Part shown: piece by piece, positions 5,779 through 12,347 of the stretch
Layout: each line of letters starts with the position of its first letter
How positions within the stretch are numbered: position 1 is the stretch's first letter
IMG/VR virus record: IMGVR_UViG_3300012940_001451
Coordinates: 1-30,871 of that record
Origin: a virus
Lineage: Duplodnaviria > Caudoviricetes
Strand: one strand, 5' to 3'
DNA length: 30,871 nt
Notes under the pieces: generated by a model
The model's database searches: none
Told to the model about the DNA's origin: nothing
The model's input: the letters and a program-made list of their open reading frames with translations, nothing else
Translations under genes and position numbers: made by a program

Positions 5779-7524
5779 ATGGACACTCGTTCAGCTCTCG
5801 CCGAACACGGCATCCGACTTCGGGACGACAAGGTTGGCGGCCACAAGACCGTCTGCCCGAACTGCTCCAGCAGCCGGCGCAAGAAATCCGACCCCTGCCT
5901 GTCTGTAACGATCGAGCAGGACGGGCGGGCGGTCTGGAACTGCCACCACTGTGGCTGGGCCGGAGCCACTGGTGGCGAGGGATACCGGCCCGTTCGCGAG
6001 CGCCGCGTCTATCGCCGGCCGGAACGCGTTGCCCAGCCGCAGCAGCCGGAAACGTTGCTGGCATGGTTCGCCAAGCGCGGCATATCGCAAGCGACGGTCG
6101 AGAAGTTCGGCGTCTACAAAACCCGACAGTGGTTTCCGCAAACCGAGCGCGAGGAAGATTGCATAGCATTCCCCTACGAGTGGGACGGCGCGCTTCGAAA
6201 CGTCAAATATCGCACCGCCGACAAGCATTTCCGCCAAGAGAAAGACCCGGAGCCGGTATTCTTCAACGCCGACAGCATCGTTGAAGGCGAGGATCTGATC
6301 ATCGTCGAAGGCGAGATCGATGTAATGGCGATGACCGAGGCCGGATTCGAGCACGTCATTTCCCTGCCGAACGGCGCTCCGTCGGGGCCGGAAACCAGCG
6401 ACAAGCGCTACGAGCCCTTTGGTACCCATTGGGACGCGATAATGAAAGTTCGTCGGCTTATGATCGCGACGGACATGGACGAGCCGGGAGAGGTGCTGGC
6501 GCAGGAGATTGCTCGACGCGTAGGGCGCGATCGGTGTTTTCGCGTGAAGATGCCTGTCCACGGTGATGTCCAGTGCAAAGACGCCGACGAATGCCTCGTC
6601 GAACATGGTGACGAAGTTCTGCGAGAATGCGTGGCACAGGCCGAGCCCTGGCCGATTGATGGACTGCACGAAATCGAAGACTTCGCTATGGAGGTCATGG
6701 ACCTCTACGACGGCAAAGGCCCAAAGCCGCTCTCCACCGGCTTTATCGAGATCGACAAGGCGTTCCGATACATTCCCGGCCAGTTCATCGCCGTCACCGG
6801 TATTCCAAACCACGGGAAGTCGAGGTGGCTTGATCAGGTCATCGTCACGACCGCTCGGCTTCGAGACGAGAAGTGGGCCGTGTTTTCTCCCGAGACTGGC
6901 GAAGGCAATCACATCGCCGACCTTTGCGAGATTTGGGTCGGAGCGCCGTTCTTCGACGGGCCCAACCTGCGCATGTCCAGCCAGGACGTGATGGACGCCA
7001 TGGCATGGCTCAACCAGCGCGTTTACATGCTGGGCGCCGTCGAGCACACCCCGTCGATCGACTGGCTTCTGGAGCGGGCAAGAGCGGCTGTTGTCCGCTA
7101 CGGCGTAACCAACATCGTCATCGATCCGTACAACGAGCTGGAGGCTTCACGCCCCGACAAGCAAACCGAAACCGAGTTCGTTTCGCAGCTCATTTCCAAG
7201 TGCAAGAAATTCGCGAAACATCACGGTTGTACGGTCTGGATGATCATCCATCCGACGAAGCTTCGTGCCGACAGCGATGGGAAGGAGCCGGTTCCGGGCC
7301 TCTATGACCTCGCCGGCAGCGCTCACTGGCGCAACAAGGCGGATGCCGGTCTCGTCGTCTACCGCGACTTCGAGAAGGACTGCACGTTCCTGATCTCCAA
7401 GAAAATCAGACGCCAGCCCATGTGTGGAAGGCCCGGTGCGGTGAAGCTTGAGTTCATCGGCGCCGACCGGCGTTTCCGAGCAATTTCCGACAGCTATCGA
7501 ACCCTTGGGAGCGAAGGCAGATGA
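5779..7524 (+). CDS. Bifunctional primase-helicase (T7 gp4/Twinkle type: Zn finger, TOPRIM, DnaB-like helicase)
   Basis: CPNC...CHHC; IVEGEID, ATDMDEPG, KDADE; Walker A GIPNHGKS; Walker B IVIDPYN; HPTK; YDLAGSAHW.NKAD. Confidence 0.92.
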   Translation: MDTRSALAEHGIRLRDDKVGGHKTVCPNCSSSRRKKSDPCLSVTIEQDGRAVWNCHHCGWAGATGGEGYRPVRERRVYRRPERVAQPQQPETLLAWFAKRGISQATVEKFGVYKTRQWFPQTEREEDCIAFPYEWDGALRNVKYRTADKHFRQEKDPEPVFFNADSIVEGEDLIIVEGEIDVMAMTEAGFEHVISLPNGAPSGPETSDKRYEPFGTHWDAIMKVRRLMIATDMDEPGEVLAQEIARRVGRDRCFRVKMPVHGDVQCKDADECLVEHGDEVLRECVAQAEPWPIDGLHEIEDFAMEVMDLYDGKGPKPLSTGFIEIDKAFRYIPGQFIAVTGIPNHGKSRWLDQVIVTTARLRDEKWAVFSPETGEGNHIADLCEIWVGAPFFDGPNLRMSSQDVMDAMAWLNQRVYMLGAVEHTPSIDWLLERARAAVVRYGVTNIVIDPYNELEASRPDKQTETEFVSQLISKCKKFAKHHGCTVWMIIHPTKLRADSDGKEPVPGLYDLAGSAHWRNKADAGLVVYRDFEKDCTFLISKKIRRQPMCGRPGAVKLEFIGADRRFRAISDSYRTLGSEGR

Positions 7525-7808
7525 CCACGAATACGCTTGTCGAAGGAGAGTACGAAATCTGGCGCAACAGCCAATGGCGCGTCACGAACAAATTTCTGGA
7601 GGAAGTGGCTGACCCGGGTCTTGCCGGACCTCCCTACTGGATCGCCCTCGACCAACTCCACTATCGCGACGTGCCTCGGCACGTCTGCGAGAAAACATGG
7701 GTCGACCCGGTCAAATTCATTGATGCCTATCGCAAGGCGGCGAAGATCGCTGGCTTTATCCCAGATGAAGCCGAAATCCAGAGCATCTTGCAGGCAACCC
7801 GAGCATGA
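7521..7808 (+). CDS. Hypothetical phage protein
   Basis: ATGA coupling at both ends; W.NSQWRVT...HVCEKTWVD...FIDAY. Confidence 0.75.
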   Translation: MTTNTLVEGEYEIWRNSQWRVTNKFLEEVADPGLAGPPYWIALDQLHYRDVPRHVCEKTWVDPVKFIDAYRKAAKIAGFIPDEAEIQSILQATRA

Positions 7809-8350
7809 GCAAAACGATTCCGAAAAATGACAACGAGCCGAGGTGGTACATCGTCGGTTGCCGCCCTCAAGCCGAGAGGCTGGCAACTGCAGAGATCGCC
7901 GCTCTCGGGCAGACGGTGTATCTTCCCTGCTTTCGCCGGGAGTTTCACAATCGCCGGCAACGTCGCTGGATCAAGCGGCACTATCCGCTGTGGCCGGGTT
8001 ACCTGCTGATCCTGGCGTCAGAGCATTGGACCCGCGTTCTGGACTGCGAGCACGTCAGCCGTGTGCTGCGCAGCCAGAATTTCGCGGAGAGCAGTGTTCC
8101 GATCGCAATCCGCGACGAAGACGTTCAATCGATCCGGACAGCACAGGACGCCGGGAAGTTCGATGATCTCCGGATCAATCGCGGTGGTGTTCAGCCCGGC
8201 GATCTGGTCAAGGTGCGTGAAGGTGTGTTCGCAGGCAAAGCGGGAACCGTGGAATCGATCGGGGATGAGAACATCGTCATGTTGATCGAGGCGATGGGTC
8301 GCGAGATGCGTGCGATGGTGCCTATTGAAAAACTCGCGCAAGTAGGGTAA
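7805..8350 (+). CDS. NusG/RfaH-like transcription antiterminator (NGN + KOW), in the lambda Q position
   Basis: RWYIV...PQAE..A...YLP...PLWPGYL (NGN); GDLVKVREGVFAGKAGTV (KOW). Confidence 0.9.
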   Translation: MSKTIPKNDNEPRWYIVGCRPQAERLATAEIAALGQTVYLPCFRREFHNRRQRRWIKRHYPLWPGYLLILASEHWTRVLDCEHVSRVLRSQNFAESSVPIAIRDEDVQSIRTAQDAGKFDDLRINRGGVQPGDLVKVREGVFAGKAGTVESIGDENIVMLIEAMGREMRAMVPIEKLAQVG

Positions 8351-8353
8351 TTT
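8325..8353 (+). promoter_or_regulatory. Putative late promoter (pR'-like) overlapping the end of the NusG paralog gene
   Basis: TTGAAA (8325-8330) - 17 nt - TAATTT (8348-8353). Confidence 0.65.
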
Positions 8354-8498
8354 CGGCTCCGAAACGATTTGGTGATTTGCTCGTCTATTGAGCGGGGCCT
8401 TAGCGCCACCTGCCGGAGCAGCGTCGGACTTCACCGCCGACATTAGGGGAAGTTGCGTCCTCGACCATTACGCTGGATCGCAGCGCCGTAGATTATTC

Positions 8499-8523
8499 GG
8501 AACAAAGGATCGTAGTCAGCATT
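8499..8523 (+). promoter_or_regulatory. Sigma-EcfG/RpoE2 general-stress promoter
   Basis: GGAAC - 16 nt - CATT, ending 35 nt before the ferritin-like gene start. Confidence 0.7.
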
Positions 8524-8558
8524 CCCTCCCAGCCAAACCCGGCTGAGAGGAGAGAACC

Positions 8559-9044
8559 ATGAAAACGCTGGCCGACATATTTGAGCACACGCTCGAAGAC
8601 ATCTACTACGCCGAGAATGCCATCACGAAGGCGCTGCCGAAAGTTGCGAAAGCCGCGACCGACGCAAAGCTGAAGAAGGCAGCTGAGGACCACCTTGCCG
8701 AAACCAAGGACCAGATCACCAAGCTTGAGGAAGTGTTCAAGTCGATCGGCAAGAAGGCGTCCGGCACTAAATGCGATGCAATCGAAGGCCTGATCAAGGA
8801 AGCCGACAGCTTGATGAAAGAGGCTGAGGGCACGGCGCTGAATGCCGGTCTTCTCGCGGCATGCCAAGCGGTCGAGCACTACGAGATTTCCCGCTATGGT
8901 TCTCTCCGCGAGTGGGCCAAGGACCTCGGGCACGACAAGGCACACAAGCTTCTGAGCGAAATCCTCGACCAGGAGAAGGCCACGAACAACAAGCTGACCA
9001 ATCTTGCGGTTACGGCGATCAACAAGCCCGCTGCCAAGGCCTAG
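8559..9044 (+). CDS. Ferritin-like DUF892 (YciE/YciF family) stress protein
   Basis: LEDIYYAE..ITKALPK...HLAET..QI..LEEVF...CDAIEGLIKE...QAVEHYEISRYGSL..WA; GAGGAG SD. Confidence 0.92.
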   Translation: MKTLADIFEHTLEDIYYAENAITKALPKVAKAATDAKLKKAAEDHLAETKDQITKLEEVFKSIGKKASGTKCDAIEGLIKEADSLMKEAEGTALNAGLLAACQAVEHYEISRYGSLREWAKDLGHDKAHKLLSEILDQEKATNNKLTNLAVTAINKPAAKA

Positions 9045-9064
9045 CCCACAGCCAATTCGAGGAA

Positions 9065-9099
9065 ATGAATTGGCCCGACTGATGCCGGGCCAATTTCAT
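9065..9099. terminator. Hairpin between convergent stress genes, probable bidirectional terminator
   Basis: AATTGGCCCG - 8 nt - CGGGCCAATT with A/T-rich flanks. Confidence 0.7.
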
Positions 9100-9103
9100 G
9101 AAA

Positions 9104-9388
9104 TCAGTCTTTGTGCTCAGGCATGTCCTTGAGCTGATCCTTCGTCCACGACGTTACGGCATGAACATCGCCGTCCTCGTCGCGCATGAAATCGAGCTGG
9201 TTGGCAGGTACGGCAACTGGCTTGGCGCCGATGCCAAGGAACCCGCCGACGTCGATGACAACCTGTGTTCCATGGACGTGATCAACCGAGCCGATCTTCT
9301 CGTCCTCGGGGCCGTAGATGGTGGCGCCGTCGAGAACGTCGGGGGTCAACTCGTCGCTGCGAAGGCGAACATGATTGCTGTGGTCCAT
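9104..9388 (-). CDS. PRC-barrel domain protein (94 aa)
   Basis: Start re-called at MDHSNHVRL (GAGGAG SD); GATIYGPEDEKIGSV...VIDVGGFLGIGAKPVAV...WTKDQLK. Confidence 0.9.
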   Translation of the reverse strand: MDHSNHVRLRSDELTPDVLDGATIYGPEDEKIGSVDHVHGTQVVIDVGGFLGIGAKPVAVPANQLDFMRDEDGDVHAVTSWTKDQLKDMPEHKD

Positions 9389-9419
9389 TTGGGATGTCTC
9401 CTCTCGTGTGGACATCTTC

Positions 9420-9444
9420 AACATCTGAGGTGAACGTACGTTCC
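9420..9444 (-). promoter_or_regulatory. Sigma-EcfG/RpoE2 general-stress promoter
   Basis: GGAAC - 16 nt - TGTT on minus strand, ending 31 nt before the PRC-barrel start. Confidence 0.7.
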
Positions 9445-9505
9445 AGGAAAACAGAACTGCCGCGAAGAAGTGATCGAGGCCAAGCGGAGGCGGCATAGGC
9501 CGGCG

Positions 9506-9751
9506 TTAGCGGAACTCCGCTGCCCGATTGTTCGCCATTGCCGGATAGCAGTTCCTGCCTCGCACCCTATCAGGAACAGTGACCTGTTCCGCGTCTACGA
9601 TTGGAATCGGAAGGTATCGATCGATGTCCGCGGCAAGTTGGATACGCCAGCGTCGCCCGTAGGCCGCACGGTATCGCTCGAAGGTCGACCTCTCGATGCG
9701 CAGTCCGACTGCGATCAATCCAGGTTGATCTCGCATCCGCTTGGAGTCCAT
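9506..9751 (-). CDS. Possible BrnA-antitoxin-like small protein (may be degenerate)
   Basis: VGLRIERSTFERYRAAYGRRWRIQL loosely matches the BrnA C-terminal pattern V.LR.D.....F...G..WQ... Confidence 0.3.
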   Translation of the reverse strand: MDSKRMRDQPGLIAVGLRIERSTFERYRAAYGRRWRIQLAADIDRYLPIPIVDAEQVTVPDRVRGRNCYPAMANNRAAEFR

Positions 9752-9895
9752 GCCGAACCATAAGGCGGCAAGGACTGCAGGTCGATAAATCTCGGATGCA
9801 CCTCGAGGTAGAGACCGGTTGTAGTCAGGAACGGCGGACGGACGAGGCTATGGCCCGTGAGGTAATGGCAGGGAGTGGTTCAGTCCGTTCCTGAG

Positions 9896-10375
9896 CTAGA
9901 GTCCCATGGTCTTTTTGGCTGCATCCGTAGCGATTGATACCACGATGTCGCGAATGCCACTTCCGATGATCGGGCCAGCCTTGGCGATCAGCTTTTTCAC
10001 GCGAGTAGCGGCAACTGTCGTTTGAGGCGTATCAGAGGCTAATGCGATGAAACTGGCCTTCGCCTTCTCCCGCTCTGCTTCGTCTATTTCTTCAATCTCA
10101 TCAGCAAGCTCTTTCGCTGCTTCGACGGAACGTTCGGTCCAAGGGAAAGACTTCCCGCATTCGGGACAGAAAGCGGGAGCACCAAACATCGGAAAGTGGC
10201 TTCCCCATTCGCTATCGCGCCCATCGCCTCGGATTGAACTTTTGCAGGCTGGGCAGGCAGAGATCGTGGCTTCGCCGCACTGAGCACAAAACTTGGTGGC
10301 ATCTCCACTGTTTACGTCTCCAGTGATGATGTGCCCGTTCATGCACACTTGGCCGACGCTGTATTGATAACCCAT
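9896..10375 (-). CDS. DUF2321-family zinc-ribbon protein
   Basis: QVCMNGH...FCAQCG...ACPAC...IRG...PAFCPECGKSFPWT plus helical C-terminus; GGGGAG SD before ATG 10375. Confidence 0.85.
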   Translation of the reverse strand: MGYQYSVGQVCMNGHIITGDVNSGDATKFCAQCGEATISACPACKSSIRGDGRDSEWGSHFPMFGAPAFCPECGKSFPWTERSVEAAKELADEIEEIDEAEREKAKASFIALASDTPQTTVAATRVKKLIAKAGPIIGSGIRDIVVSIATDAAKKTMGL

Positions 10376-10441
10376 GCCCGTTCTCCCCAATGCCCGTCAT
10401 GAGAGCTTCGCCCATGGGCTGGCAAAGGGCAAGACGGCAAT

Positions 10442-11170
10442 CTAGGGTGCAACGGCCTCTGCCCCAGGTCTGACCGGGTTTCCCTGCTCGTCGATCTCGC
10501 CGCGGCGAAGCGCCACCTCAAATGGGATAGAGATGAAGTAGCGGAGAAATGCCTCCGTAAATCCGCGCATCGGCACAAGTTCTTCTCGCGTCACCCCCTC
10601 AGGTTCATGAGCGCCATCGTTGCCGATCAAGCGTATCTGGTCGCTCCAATCCTTCATAGAAGGTGGGAGCAGGCCAAGTGTGACTAGTTTCTCGATCCGT
10701 GGAGCGAGATTGCCCTTTATCTCGGGGTGCTTTTCGCGAATAGCAACGTCAATTGACCGGCGATAGAGCATCGCCGCGGCATCTTCACCGTCCTCGGTGG
10801 AGAAATTTCGTTCTGCCGACTTAAATGCTTTCGCCACAGCCTCGCTTAAGTGGGGCGGAACGGCCTCGCGATGTGATGGGGGTTGCACCAAAGCGATTGA
10901 AAGGCCTCCCGCGGCCAAATCATACGGTTTGTTAATCGCTCCGTCGAAGGAACTGATGAAGGACGAATATTGAGAGGCGTTAGCATAAGCGGCGGCGGTA
11001 ACCTTTGCGGTCACGGGCTGCCAGCACTTACCGCACGGAGAGAAGATCATGGCGTATGGTCGCTCCCGACTTTTGGACAAAAATTCCGGCGGTGCAAAGA
11101 ATCTTGAATTGACCTCCATAGTCATATTGCCCGCGTGGCAATACGGGCAAGTAAATGTCCACTGGGCCAA
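10442..11170 (-). CDS. Zinc-ribbon + DUF4145 (HEPN-like) protein
   Basis: CPYC...CGKC; AAAMLYRRSID...LAPRIEKL...IRLIGNDGAH (R-x6-H); TTG start with GGAGGGG SD. Confidence 0.85.
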   Translation of the reverse strand: MAQWTFTCPYCHAGNMTMEVNSRFFAPPEFLSKSRERPYAMIFSPCGKCWQPVTAKVTAAAYANASQYSSFISSFDGAINKPYDLAAGGLSIALVQPPSHREAVPPHLSEAVAKAFKSAERNFSTEDGEDAAAMLYRRSIDVAIREKHPEIKGNLAPRIEKLVTLGLLPPSMKDWSDQIRLIGNDGAHEPEGVTREELVPMRGFTEAFLRYFISIPFEVALRRGEIDEQGNPVRPGAEAVAP

Positions 11171-11221
11171 GCTCGCCCCTCCCTTTGAAAAATAATCAAA
11201 CCCTACGACAGAAAATCAAAG

Positions 11222-11590
11222 ATGGCACGAGGCGGCAATAGACATCCGCGCTCACCCGAGGCCCAGCAGTACCGCAAGCTCTACGCTGATCCCCGCTGGT
11301 GCGGGCCTCACGGCATCAGGAAGCAGGCCTTCCTCCGCGACCTCTACACCTGCCAGCGCTGCGGCTGCATCGTCATTGAAGGCAACAGGCATCATCCCCG
11401 AGCCGCCGTTGCAAACCACAAGAAGGCACACAAGGGCGACCCGGCCCTGTTCTTCGCTCTCAATAACACCGAGACGATCTGCAAGGGATGCCACGACACG
11501 CTGATCCAGCGCGAAGAAGCGAGAGGCTACACGATCGGCGCAGATATCGATGGAAGGCCGGTCGATCCATCGCATCCATGGAACCGGTAG
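11222..11590 (+). CDS. Terminase-associated HNH endonuclease (HK97 gp74-like)
   Basis: RDLYTCQRCG...VANHKKAHKGD..LFF..NNTETICKGCHD...DGRPVDPSHPW; directly upstream of cos/terS. Confidence 0.9.
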   Translation: MARGGNRHPRSPEAQQYRKLYADPRWCGPHGIRKQAFLRDLYTCQRCGCIVIEGNRHHPRAAVANHKKAHKGDPALFFALNNTETICKGCHDTLIQREEARGYTIGADIDGRPVDPSHPWNR

Positions 11591-11668
11591 GCTGACGCAC
11601 CCGAGATGGTAGATCACAACAAGGCGCTCAGGCCCTGACAAGATCGACCTTGCTGCACAAGATGGACA

Positions 11669-11760
11669 GGAGGGGGTGGATCAAAAGTCCGAGGCGATCC
11701 GGCCCTAGACCCGCGTCCCCCCTCCGTTTTCGCCGAGACTGATTTCGAGACAAAAAGTTG
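11669..11760. other. Probable cos (cohesive end) region
   Basis: Non-coding GGGGGTGGATCAAAAGT...GACCCGCGTCCCCCC...TTTT layout between HNH and terS, typical of HK97-like 3'-cos phages; the exact cut site cannot be fixed. Confidence 0.6.
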
Positions 11761-11912
11761 AGGCCATCCCGTAGGGATGAAGTGGAAGCGGGCGCTCCCG
11801 AAGGAGCGTTGCCCAAGGTGCTCGCCCGCCTGCTCGCCCGAAGGTCCGCCGCAGTGATGGGAAATAAGGCTGTCGGCCGCCGCGTCGAGCTACAAATTGT
11901 GACAGGTCAGAA

Positions 11913-12347
11913 ATGAATGTGATTGAAGGTAGCGGCGCGATCGTTGTTGAGCCGGACTGGACCTCTCTGTTCAACGACGATCTGGAGATTGTGGCGGCTG
12001 CGGAATACTGGCGGTTGATCACGACCGAGTTGCGCGACAGGGGCTTGCTCGCCCCGGTCAACGGCCATTCGATCCAGCGCCTGGTCTGCGCCTATCTCAT
12101 GCACGATCGCATGTATCGGCACGTCGCAGAAAACGGCGTGGTGACGAAGCCCCGGCGGGGCAACAGCAAGGCCATCGCGCGGATCAGCCCGCATTTCACC
12201 GCCATGCGCGAAGCGATGTCCGACGCGAACGTGCTGGAGGCGGAGCTTGGCCTGTCACCACGTCGACGCGGGTCGGTAACGAAGGCGGAACGCAAGCAGC
12301 GCAAGGAACGTGCATCCGATGGCTATCTCGGCAAGGCCGGCGGCTGA
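11913..12347 (+). CDS. terS: Terminase small subunit (P27 family)
   Basis: A.EYWR.IT.EL...GLL...L.CAY...GVV...SPHF...ELGLSPRRR. Confidence 0.9.
   Translation: MNVIEGSGAIVVEPDWTSLFNDDLEIVAAAEYWRLITTELRDRGLLAPVNGHSIQRLVCAYLMHDRMYRHVAENGVVTKPRRGNSKAIARISPHFTAMREAMSDANVLEAELGLSPRRRGSVTKAERKQRKERASDGYLGKAGG

Noticed and set aside
5791-7047. Long antisense ORFs (418 aa here; also 3582-4397, 13656-14903, 25044-26441)
   Set aside because: Shadows of well-supported plus-strand genes in GC-rich DNA; no recognisable motifs
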